Positions 33,745-64,000 of a DNA stretch of 64,000 bases are shown one piece after another. Positions within the stretch are counted from its first letter, which is position 1; each line of letters starts with the position of its first letter. Source of the DNA: Amoebidium appalachense (taxonomy: Eukaryota > Protista > Ichthyosporea); contig CAVNZM010000016.1 of NCBI GenBank assembly GCA_963693365.1, forward strand, positions 4,367,957 through 4,431,956, in the 5' to 3' direction. A program made the translations under genes and the position numbers. The notes under the pieces are model-generated. The model saw only the letters and a program-made list of their open reading frames with translations. It did not search any database and was not told where the DNA came from.

Positions 33745-34230
33745 CGCGTGCACGCGTGTGTGTGGGCGTATGTGTGTATGGGTGTGCATGTGCATGTGTG
33801 TGTGGGTGTGTGTTTGCGTGCGCATGTGTGTGTGCGCTGTGTGCGTGCCCGTAGAAGAGGGACGAAACCTGTGTGTTTGTGTAACGTGTTTGAGCCGTAA
33901 ACGCGTGTGTGCCTCTGTCTATGAGCAAAAGGATATATGCAAGTGTTCGTTGGTGTCTGAAAGTGTTTTCGTGTGTCTTAGCATCTGCGGGCAGTGTGCA
34001 CAGACTGCGAGGGATGCGCTACTGCGGATGTCATCAGAAAAAAGCTTTGGGTAGTTTCATTAGTTACGCTTCTCTGCGTTGATGTGCATTTCCCTTTTAC
34101 GCAACCAAATAGACACAGAAAAAGCTTGTGGGCAAAAAGCAACACTTACGGGAAGGTTGTTTGTGGCCACAGCAGTCCAGAGTTGCATTCGAACATGCCC
34201 CTCCTCCAGAAGTGTTGCCCTCGGAGCCAT
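28707..34230 (-). CDS. Ankyrin repeat and SOCS box protein (ASB-like), 240 aa. Exons 34230-34150, 33570-33499, 33114-32995, 32266-32142, 31195-31095, 30069-29908, 28768-28707
   Basis: Phase-consistent GT..AG splicing gives ankyrin repeats ([53 protein letters not shown]) followed by [14 protein letters not shown] (BC box) and [14 protein letters not shown] (cullin-box-like). Confidence 0.9.
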
Positions 34231-35541
34231 TTTTCGGTGTTGATTTTTGCTTCTGCTTACAGCATTCCTTGACTCTATGTAGTGGTGGCCTATATTACGC
34301 AAACTCAGGCAACAGCCGTTGACATTTGCTTTGGAAGAAAGCGTATGTTAATCTTCGTGTCGCCGTGATCAGCACGTATTCCCTGAGGTTCAAAGAAACC
34401 TGCTGTTTCGACACTTCCAAGTTTTGACTATTGATTCTCCAAATAGATGTACATATACCTATTCATGTAAAGATTCAAATTAGTAGCTCTCATACATCTG
34501 AGAGGTATGACCGAAAAGTTGTGGTCGGAGCACTGAAAACGAAACTGTGGTGACCAAAGCCGCAAAGCGCTAGCGCACGAGCCACATCTTCCATGAGCAC
34601 CGATAGCAAATTGCTGATATTTATACAATAGAAAAGTGGTTTATTTATAGCTACGAATTACATTATAGATAAGCAACAACTGTTGATAATCTATCCAATG
34701 GTGTCTAAGCTAAATGGCGATATACCACCGGATCCCCCCGTATCGTGTCAACTTCAAGGTTCACTGACAATACGGCCCATCACAAAAGCTTCTAGCCTTC
34801 TACAATAGCGATTTATACCAGTTCAAAATCATTAACTGAAACATGCTTAAAGATTTTCATTATATATAAAAACATGAATATACCCTCAGGTATCTGGGTT
34901 TAGGATTTGTAGACATGCACGGTAGAAGTAGAGCACACTACATACATATGGTTGTATCTTGCCAGAGGGAAAATAAAACTTTTATCGATCCCATACTTAG
35001 ATAAACCAACCACATGATTTTATTAATAGCTATATATAGCTATATGCGAGTCGTAATTCTGATTGGTGTTTGATGCATACCATGGCTAAGACGTCACGGC
35101 TGAGTCAACAAACCAGACGAGAGCTGCAGCGTGGGGTCAGTTTTCAAACAGGGCTGGTTTTGTGTGGGTCATGTGTCCACGGTGATTCTTTTATATACAA
35201 AGCAGGCGGTATATACATGTGGATCGAGGTAAGCTTCACTATTATGTGTGTATTGCCAATATAGTACTGAAATTACAGCTTTACTGCCGTAAGAGCCGTC
35301 ATGAATCTCGAGACCTTTCCACGGGGATAGCTGCTTCACTGTGTTCACTTCCATTGCTCGCTTCGAAGTTTCGCAGACTCTCTCTCGTCAGTGTACACTT
35401 TCAATTTTCATTTATCAAGACTTACCTGGAAGCCACTTAGAGATTTCGCTGCGGAAATATCGAACACATAACGCCAAACAGACCAGCAATTCAAAGGGAA
35501 AGCATTGAAGGTTTCCAACAAACTCTGTTGCTCTCCAAAGA
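34231..35541. promoter_or_regulatory. Divergent (possibly bidirectional) promoter region between the ASB-like and SYLF genes
   Basis: Head-to-head start codons 1.3 kb apart; the interval is AT-rich and free of microsatellites. Confidence 0.45.
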
Positions 35542-42128
<6,587 letters not shown>

Positions 42129-42851
42129 ATTGGATTCCTCCTTCTCCTGCTTCTTAATTCCGATTTCAAAGGGAATAGGCTGCTGCCGATTTTTTCTGAA
42201 CTCAGTAAGCTTTGAGAAAATCAGGAATGGGTGTAGATAGGATTCCTCCTTCAAATGGGTTGTGATGGATTTAATGTCATGCTTCTAAATTCCGATATTC
42301 AAAGGAAAGGGACTGCTACGGATGTTTTCTGAACTCGATAAGCTTGGAGAAAATAAGGAATGGGCGTAGATTGGATTCCTTCTCTAAATGGGTTGTAATG
42401 GTTTTAATGTCTTGCTTTTAATTTCCGAAGAATTTCAAAGGGAAGAGACTGCCGGCGATTTTTCCGATAAGCTTGGAGAAAATAAGGAATGGGTGTAGTC
42501 TGACTAATCAAATCCTGCATGGAGTGGGTCGTAGTATTGATGGTTTGCTGGTAGGCGTTTTATCTTTTAAAATTTGCCTTAGTTTTAAGCGAAAAATTAA
42601 ACTATACTAACCCATGACAAAGCCCCAATTTCGAGTTGCAAAAATTCACTGTTTTCGATATGCAGAACTCGAAAGGCAATTCACAAAAACGGTAGTGTGT
42701 TCCATACCAAATTTTGGTTTGAGTTGATGTGTAGGTATGGGTCGGCCGGTGTTACATAGCAGTTTGACCTTCAGCTGCTGTAGGCGTAAGTAGGCCAGAT
42801 CATAGTTTAATCTAACTCTATCTATGGACGAGTAAGTGTGAACCTTCTGTG

Positions 42852-42888
<37 letters not shown>

Positions 42889-43419
42889 CCCCTCCCCCAC
42901 CCCTCCAGCCACCCCCCCAGCCACCCACCCACCCACACACACACACACACGTGTACACGTGTACACACACACCACCGCCATGGACCACCACGGCACCTAA
43001 AAAAAAAAAAAAAAGAAAAAAAAGAAAAAGAAGAGAAGAGAAAAGAAAAGAAAAAAGCAAAAACACAAAACACGTCTAAAACACCCCCACCACCACATGC
43101 CCACACACACTCGCACACTCAGCCACACTCGCAATCATTTCCTTACATACACGGTACATGTACCGCCTTTTTTTCTCTCTGTCCGTATATATATACGTCA
43201 CATCCTACGGGGTTTTCCATATTATTCCTCGAGACCATTGCCAACTCCCATGTCCCATTGAATCTCTCTCTCAAGCTCTCTCAATTGTCTCTCTCCGAGG
43301 CTCTCTCTCTGTCTCTCTCTCCCCCCCCCTCTCCCCCCCCCCCCCCCCCCCCCCCCTCCTCCCTCCCTCCCTCTCAGAGTCTGAATCTCCCTCCCTCTCT
43401 TTCTCAATCACTCACTCTC

Positions 43420-43466
<47 letters not shown>

Positions 43467-43637
43467 CCGCCCCCCCCCCTCCCCCCCTCCCTCTCTCTCT
43501 CTCTAGATCTCTCTCTAGATCTCTCTCCCTAGATCTCTCTCTAGATCTCTCTCTCTAGATCGCTCTCTAGATCTCTCTCTCTCTCTCCCTCCCCGAGGCT
43601 CTCTCCCCCCGAGGCTCTCTCTCTCTCTCTCTCTAGA

Positions 43638-43671
<34 letters not shown>

Positions 43672-44508
43672 CTCTCTCTCCCCCCCCCCCCTCTCTCTCG
43701 ACCCTCTATAGCTCTAGCTAGACCTCTAGAGTCTCTCTCTGCCCGTCTGAGTCTCCTCCCTCCGGATCCCGAGCCTGAGCCCCTTTCAAGGCTAACTAAA
43801 CATCTCTCGACTCGCTCTTTTATGATTACCTACACACATACAAGCATACATGTACAAGGCTTTCTTTCTTGAGCCCCCCCCCCCCCCCCCCCCCCCCCCG
43901 CCCTCTCTCCTCCCCCCTCCCCCCCCCCCCCCCCCCCCCCCCTCTCTCTATGGACCCTCTCTCTTTCTCTCTCTGCCCGTCTGAATGAACCCCCAGGGCC
44001 TCGAGGAGGCCTCCCGAGTCTCGCTCTAATATGATTAGCCAGACTGTAGAGCTCGATTGCTTCTCTGAAATTGATCACACACACGCGCGCGCTCTTCACA
44101 GATAGACTAGATGAGACTCTCGCTCTCTCTTGATAACTCTTCTTCTCCCTCCCTCTCCCTTTCCGCTCCCTCCCTCCCTCATCGATATATCCCTCACACT
44201 CTCTTTCACCGTATGCGTGCACGTGACACGCACACGAACGAACGTCGTGCACGCAACCCGAACATGCATATGGGATTGACTGGCACACACGCATGCATGT
44301 TGCATGCACATACATGAATTTCACCACACCCACGCCCAGAAACCTGTGCGCGCACTGGACATGACGGCGGGCCACGGCACTGACCACGGTGTGCAAACAC
44401 ATGTAGCTAATTATAATATGCATATTACAGTCGTCTTCATAGTAGACAATGATTGCAACGTTGTACGACACACTGGACGACACACAGGTGCAAATGCACA
44501 TGTACATG

Positions 44509-44587
<79 letters not shown>

Positions 44588-44600
44588 CACGCACACTGGC

Positions 44601-44687
<87 letters not shown>

Positions 44688-45543
44688 ACACACCGCGTGA
44701 ACAGTGAGTAACGACTAATCTGTCAACAGCGTCACACGCCGGCACGCCGCACAACGCGTGCCAGCACACGTGTTGATGCACAATGCGTGGCGGGCTGATC
44801 TGGATGATTGGTGCCCTGGATTCTGATAAAAACGCACACATGTTGTAGTGCAACCGGATGCCACTTCGTGATGGTAACTGAACTACAATATTTGGCCAGA
44901 GTCAGGCGAAGGGCAGGAGTAGGTATTACATAGCTGGGTGTGCACTCGAAATTTCTCAAATAGGAATACAAAACAAAAAAAACAAAAGGTCAGTGTCACT
45001 ACAAGACTAGTGCCTTATCTGTGCTTGCTGGTTTGCTTGAGCTAACGGGATTGGCAGTTAGTACTTGCTGGAGGGGGGTAAAACAAAGAGGCAGATATCA
45101 TTTAGATCTACAACCCACGTTGATGATCTGTTGATCATATCAGCGACACAGGTAGCTTAATTGAATGTTAATATGTAAAATTAGTAAAAAGAACTCTTAT
45201 TTGTCAAAACAAATGCCTTTTTCTCTCGTTAAAGGCGGAAATTCTATTCAACTTCCCCTCAAAACAAAATGCGTTTGCTAAAGCATGCATAGTTTGAATT
45301 TTTCATATGGCCCGAGCCGCCCGATCTTCTGAATAAAAAGCTTTCACCAATAAAAGGGCACCAAATTGAGCCTTGAACAATACACGGACGAATAAGAGCG
45401 CCTATCCGGGGTGACGATGTGATCTTTAACCAATCAGACACGACAGGTGTCTTTACTGTTGCAATGATACCCAAACTTTGTGAATCACCCCAGATAGTTA
45501 AAAATGTGGGGATTGATCTGTTATTATGGCTGGAAGATAAATC

Positions 45544-45686
45544 CAGGGCAGGAAATTACACTGTTTTCGGAATTAAATATACCGCTAATTTTCAAAAAGT
45601 ACCAGTAAAGCCTGGGACTTAGTTCCACCTGCGTTGGAGGTTGGGGAAGTAAATAAAAAGAATAGTGCCCTTCCCCTCCCCCCTCT

Positions 45687-45722
<36 letters not shown>

Positions 45723-46090
45723 TGACACCCCCGGCCCAACTGCCCAAAGTTGGAGCTCTCAATTTTTCCTATTTTTTCCTGGGAAAACACTGGAAACCTG
45801 CAATCACGAAAAAAGTTATCTACATACATGCCTCATTATATCTCATGGCCAGTCCTTTGCCGGATCCGATGGAAAAAGGCAGGAAAATATCCACACAATA
45901 TCCAATTTAATCTGCTTTCTGGGCTCGTTGTATTTTGTTTTGCATTCAAGCTACAAATGTTTAGAGATATACAATGGTTCAGCAGATGGCTGAGACTCAG
46001 AAGGAGCAGTCACAACAGTAAAATAATTGACAGGAATTTTTAAATGTATAGTAATATAAACGCACGCTTATGATATTGCAATGAATCATA

Positions 46091-46123
<33 letters not shown>

Positions 46124-46272
46124 TCGAGGGGGCCGAAGGGCCCCCGGGCGCCGGATAGGTATCGGATAGATAGAGGGAAGTAAAAAAGGAAGTAAATATC
46201 TCTGGACAAAAATAGGCCGCGATCCGCCAGGTGCCAAAATACAGTAATCCTAAAATGTAAATTCTAGCCCTG
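45544..46272. mobile_element. hAT-superfamily non-autonomous element (MITE), 729 bp
   Basis: Perfect 8-bp TSD GATAAATC (45536-45543 and 46273-46280). Imperfect TIRs CAGGGCAGGAAATTACA / CAGGGCTAGAATTTACA (14/17) begin with the hAT-typical CAGGG. Confidence 0.85.
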
Positions 46273-46773
46273 GATAAATCTGAGGTGCAGTAGTACCATA
46301 GATGACATTAGATGTGCGTTATTATCACTAATTAGAAACATTACTTCCTGCAGATTGAAAAATTAAAAAAAGATAATCTTACTTGACTGTAAAAGCTAAA
46401 GCTGTTAGATATCACATTTTCAAACGGGGAGTTCCTCTACCGTTCCTCTACCATCAAAATGGAAAAAGATATTTTGAGTGGTGACTCAAAAACCCCATCG
46501 TAATACAAAACCTCATGGCTTGGTCAAGGGGGATTTACAGTACATTGCCCAGACCAGCAAGCAGCCCAAGATGGCCACCCCCTTCAGCGCCTCACAGAGA
46601 TGACAAAAACGCGAGAAAAAGGCCAGCAACAGGAGGCTTTATGTTATTTTGGGCACGTTTGTTACCCCTACGTTCTTGTTTGTACTTAGTTTATCAAACT
46701 AATAGCATACTACGGACGCTGAAACACACATCACCGAAAAGTAGATGCACACACGCGAAACCCGTAGTTGAAA

Positions 46774-47169
46774 ATGGTAGTAGCAACCATGCTCGTTGCC
46801 CCGAGCTTACACCCAGACCTCGGAAAGAACTTCGAGGCTCAGATGCTAAGAAAGTGCTCCTTGTCTCTAGACAGCTTATGGGTTGCGGATGTTAAAGGAG
46901 ATCCCGTTGTTCAGACTGAAAACACTCATAACGAGATCACAGAAACGATAGTTTTGAGTGAGCCGGATCAGGTCGCGTCTCCTTCACAAGAAAATGAACA
47001 GCTGACTAGCACAGACAACCAGAAGAAGGATGAGGTTGAGATTGCGGCCAGCAAACTCAGTTTGACAAGATGTCACTCGGCCGAGAGGTTTGATGACTTG
47101 CAGAAGGTTGGAATATTTGGGAAACGGCAGCGGAGGGTGAGCATACCGGACTACGATACGGTTATGACG
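46774..47169 (+). CDS. First coding exon of an uncharacterised protein (132 codons)
   Basis: Non-repetitive ORF (MVVATML...RQRRVSIPDYDTVMT) ending at a strong GTAAGC donor; its connection to the downstream ORF is unresolved. Confidence 0.55.
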
Positions 47170-47541
47170 GTAAGCAACACTTCCAACAACCTTTTCTGCT
47201 TGCAGACAACTCCTTCTTGCCCGGCTTCCTTGCTCTTCTAACTTCGACCTACACCTGATTGTGTCTTGGACCGTTTGGTTCCGTCTGCTATGTTAGCAGT
47301 CTCAACGTTCCCAGTGCTGCGGCTTCCACATGGTTCCTTTTCGGCTTTTGTTCACTTGAACTTTCGGGTGCTTTTTCTTTTTTTTTTCCTTCTGTTCATT
47401 TTCATCTTTCCTTCGTTTTTCTTTGGAGAAGGCTGGAGAAGGTGGAAGTAGAGAAAGGTAGAAGGATCTTGAGATGTTGGAGAGGGATCTTAGTGAGAGA
47501 GAGGTGTGTGTGTTTGTTTGTGGTTTGGGGTTTTTTTTTTT

Positions 47542-47572
<31 letters not shown>

Positions 47573-47929
47573 GGCTCTGCTTAGGGCCCTTCTTCTGGTT
47601 CGAAGGCTGCATGGACATAACAGGTTATCTCCTGTTGCCCAGTTACTTATGTTTTGCTTGCCACCTACTCTGGCAAAACAGTGTGAGCGGGTTCTCTTTG
47701 CAGCTCCTTTTGTTAGTGCCTGATCTTAGTTGCCAAGAGTCATGGGCACAGCAGTACTTTACCTGCTTGCACACTATCATCGTTGTGCACTTAACCCAGA
47801 CCCTTGCAAGCAGATGCTTTCAAAAGTTTCCTGTATATCGCACTATTCTAAAAGCTCTTTGTCTTACTTTGCCTTTTTATAACTCAAAGCTTAGGTGCAA
47901 AGTTGTATTCTTTCTTTTCTCCCAGGACA

Positions 47930-48586
47930 ATGCTGGGTATCAAGACAGTTTCTGATAATTTTCCTTCCAACAAACAGCTGTTGAAGGGAGGCGCAGCAGA
48001 CGAGGACGTGCATATGCAACAACCCTCTGGTGGCCTGTTGGCTCCAGGAAGCGTCGTCACAAAGCTCATTTCCGTTGTTGTGGATGAAGATGGTCCGCAG
48101 CATCTGCCACCGTTGATGTCACCACCCGTGCTCCACCGCCCTCGGTTTGTGCTCAAACCAGCACCAGCCAAGGGGATTCTTCGTGACTTGGTTGACGACG
48201 AGATTAGAAAAGAGCTCAAGGGCGTCAAGCTACAGTGGGTCGAGCATGTTGTATTCAACGAGAAAGTCATAGATTTCTCTGTCATGACGCCGGAGGAGAA
48301 GTCGCTTGTGCAGCGTCGTATGCGGGCCAAGCACTGCAAGAAAAACGTCAGTAAGAGGTGTATAGCCGCAAACCGTCGGTTTATGCAGCACTACTCGACT
48401 GCTGGAGCAAGTTCAAGCAATGTTGCTTCTGGACAAAGCCAGACGGCGGTATCTGCCCCAACTGTTTCGAGCGATCCACTTTCGACTATTCGCCTGGTCG
48501 CCACTACAGCCTCTCCCAAGGATTGCTCAGGTGCCACAGTGGTAGCCAGGAGGCCTTTTTTCACGGTGACAGAACCGTCAGGGTAA
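47930..48586 (+). CDS. Uncharacterised protein/terminal exon with putative PP1-docking motifs (KGILR, HVVF)
   Basis: 218-aa non-repetitive ORF after a good acceptor (TTTCTTTTCTCCCAG, 47925). A SILK/GILK-like KGILR lies about 20 aa before RVxF-like HVVFNEKV. Confidence 0.65.
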   Translation: MLGIKTVSDNFPSNKQLLKGGAADEDVHMQQPSGGLLAPGSVVTKLISVVVDEDGPQHLPPLMSPPVLHRPRFVLKPAPAKGILRDLVDDEIRKELKGVKLQWVEHVVFNEKVIDFSVMTPEEKSLVQRRMRAKHCKKNVSKRCIAANRRFMQHYSTAGASSSNVASGQSQTAVSAPTVSSDPLSTIRLVATTASPKDCSGATVVARRPFFTVTEPSG

Positions 48587-49563
48587 AATTGCTCGTGATG
48601 TACATATGTCATGTTCTCGTTCATCTGTTAGTTGAACGTATGATGATCGTATGATAGTCGTATGATAGTTGAGAATATGGGTGTACGGTGCTAACTGCCG
48701 TTGACCCGTTAACTCTAATGCATACATCGGTGGCTCCCAATTCAATTCAGTTGAAGGCATGTATTTCCTTGTACTCTTGTTGTGTTTCACTCTACAGGTT
48801 TGATCATGGTAATATGTAAAGTGTCTTTACCTGTATGTTTTTGCAAGTAGAATTCATATAACGAAGCAGGCTTGTAGACACGTTTCGATGTCAGTAGACT
48901 CTCGAATGAGCCGTTTAGCATGGTTATCTCTTTTGCTGGGTTTTGACACGTTGATAGTCCTAGGAGTGAAATCTTTATTTTCAAGCAAATTGAACACGCT
49001 GTTGATCGTGTTCTCTATGTCGTATGCGAGGCAAGACACAGTCTTGGGTCTGTGAAGTGTTCATTACCTAAACTAAGTAGTAGAACTTATCTTCTAGATG
49101 TACTAACTAATAGATGAATCCTTACCTACTGAATCAGTAGATCTTACCTACTGGATGTACATGCAACACTGTCGGCGAAATTTCACCATAAATCTAAAAT
49201 AACACGAAGTGCCAGCCTGGCACGGGCCAAAGCCTTACATTTCCACCAGCAAGGTCTGTACAGTACGTATACTGTACGTGGTTGTCAACTCACAATAAGG
49301 TGCTTTATATAATCATCCAAAACAAAATCCCACTTTCCGGGCGTATGCACGTGCATGTGTAAGTTTGCACATCCAACATACGTCCGAGTGAGTCACTGAA
49401 TGCCAAATAAGCTGCAGCTGTGTATCACATGATTTAGGAGCACATGCAAAGCACAGTCGGCCAGGGATTGGCACGTACACAGCACACTTTCTACGTGCTA
49501 TATGTTGAGCCGTTCCCTCCCCAAGGCCTTCATATAGCTATAGGCTAAGAAGGCCTCCCGACG

Positions 49564-49610
<47 letters not shown>

Positions 49611-50177
49611 ACAAAAAAAAAACAACTTCACTATGGCCCCAAACTTGCGCAAAATTTACGCATATACTTCACTGGGCGGGCTTTGCGCAGCTATTTGTAC
49701 ATATTGTAGCTCGAGCTCATGATCAGGATCAGCCATCAGCTTCAAGTTGAAAGCAAAGCAGTCAGTTCAGCGCTAGCAGAGAGTGACCCGGACCTATGAT
49801 TCCTCTTAGTCTCAAAGAAGATTTCGTTTCGGTCATCAAGCAAAGAACGCATAATCTGTAGAAAACAAACAACGGTAGCCAAAATGGGAGATAAATCGTG
49901 AAAATTTGATCTATTCAAGAGTGCATGCTCTTCGTCAGTAGCGAGGGAGTGCTCCCAAGTTGCACGGCTTGCTATCACTCCATGTAAGACAGTGATAAGA
50001 GGCTCGATGTGTTCTGGCAACAGTGGGGCTCCCGTTGCAGCCAACAGGTATGATCCTGGGCACCTGTTTCTCTCGGGAGGATTTCAGGCGTCAAAAACAG
50101 GCACTTTGGAGTAATTAAGGAAGTAGAAGCGTGGTAGCGGAAGAAAGCCAAGTGACCAAGCTGCCTTTCCCTCCTCC

Positions 50178-50214
<37 letters not shown>

Positions 50215-50507
50215 CCCCCCTCCCCCCCCCCCCCCCCCTCCCCCCTCCCGGAGGTTATCAGCGGCTTAATAGCTGGCGTTATGCGTACGAACCTGGCCTC
50301 CATCTACGTTGTGGCCGAAGCTTGTTTTCCTGGGCAGGCTTAGCTTATTGTTCTTGCTTGCGTGTTCCACCCATGAATCTGTGTGCTTTTTCTTCTACGT
50401 TCACGATCTTCCCGCTCTCCTTTTGTCTAGGGGCATGTACATATGCTTGATACACCAATGCAAGTGCCGCATCTGCACATGCCACACACACGCACACCGT
50501 ACACACA

Positions 50508-50594
<87 letters not shown>

Positions 50595-51002
50595 CACACA
50601 AGCACACGCACACGCACACGCACACATGCACACACACAGAAGCATTTTTGGTTGGCTGAGAAGAACAAGCAGCGGGATAGGGGACAAACACATACACACA
50701 GTTGCTGCGCGCGAATGGGAAACACTTTCACGCCGGCACGGACCGAGAGAACACAGACTCTCCCCTTTCCTGCAGCCTTTCTCTCTACCTTACTCAGGCA
50801 CAGGCACACATTGTGCTCCTGGCCACCTCGGTTGTTTATAAGCTACCTGCCTTTGGTACAAGTATTTTTTCTACAAGGATCTATTCACTACACTCAGCCC
50901 ACATTGTCCACATTCATATTTGGCTTTTCGTTTGTTGTTGTTGCCTGCCTGTTGAGTTCATCATCCATACTCCATCTTATTGGTACATTTTCCCCTCCAG
51001 AG

Positions 51003-63530
<12,528 letters not shown>

Positions 63531-63684
63531 GTAAAATGGAGACCCCCCCCCCCCCCCCCCCCCCCCCCCCCGCCCTCCCTCCCACTTCTCCCTCCCCTCC
63601 CCTTGCCCTGTAAATCTGCATTGTGTTGTCCGTCGTAAAGGCAAATTTCGTAATCTATAAAACGCATACCCCCCTCCTTCCCCC

Positions 63685-63715
<31 letters not shown>

Positions 63716-63882
63716 GAGTGCAATGGGTCGGAACTTCTGGGTTTATCTTCCAAGACTGCTTGCCTCGTTTGCATATCACCTGCTCGCCGATGTTTACAGC
63801 AGTAGGGAAAGGGGTTTGTAGGGGGTGATGCAAACATCGCAGGAAGGGAGAGATGGTCCATGCAACCTGGGGGGAGGGGAGG

Positions 63883-63915
<33 letters not shown>

Positions 63916-64000
63916 GTTATTGCTGTGCACTACCTGAGCAGCTTACTTGGAGCCACTGTGTTTGAGTTTGGGTTGGAATGGTTTTTCTCTATGCCTGTGC

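Noticed and set aside
49742-50044. 100-aa minus-strand ORF upstream of TAF3
   Set aside because: No ATG start, closed upstream by a stop, no recognisable motif; probably antisense to a TAF3 5' UTR exon (donor GTATGA at 50048).

Overview
Eukaryotic genomic DNA, extremely rich in microsatellites [(TG/CA)n, (CT/GA)n, (TCAC)n] and pure poly-C/poly-G tracts, so almost all supplied ORFs are repeat artefacts. Manual splicing (GT..AG, phase-consistent) recovers six protein genes: an SH2-domain protein (+, 4195-5903), a 15-exon DEP-domain protein (+, 6774-25359) with an intronic tRNA-Pro(AGG), an ankyrin-repeat/SOCS-box protein (-, 28707-34230), a divergently transcribed SYLF/Ysc84-domain protein (+, 35542-42128), a possible PP1-docking protein locus (+, 46774-48586) and TAF3 (+, from 51003, running out of the window). 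SH2 plus ASB content suggests a holozoan; this is inference. Mobile DNA comprises a TTAA-flanked Kolobok-like element with a KolX/P2X7-ballast-like ORF and mirrored E2F-type motifs, a PIF/Harbinger MITE inserted into its target-site duplication, a hAT MITE with an 8-bp TSD, and a decayed Harbinger transposase fragment. The most intriguing unexplained signal is a ~160-180 bp intronic repeat family, co-oriented with host genes, that carries hammerhead-like CTGANGA/GAAAC boxes. All gene models are by eye; no searches were run.
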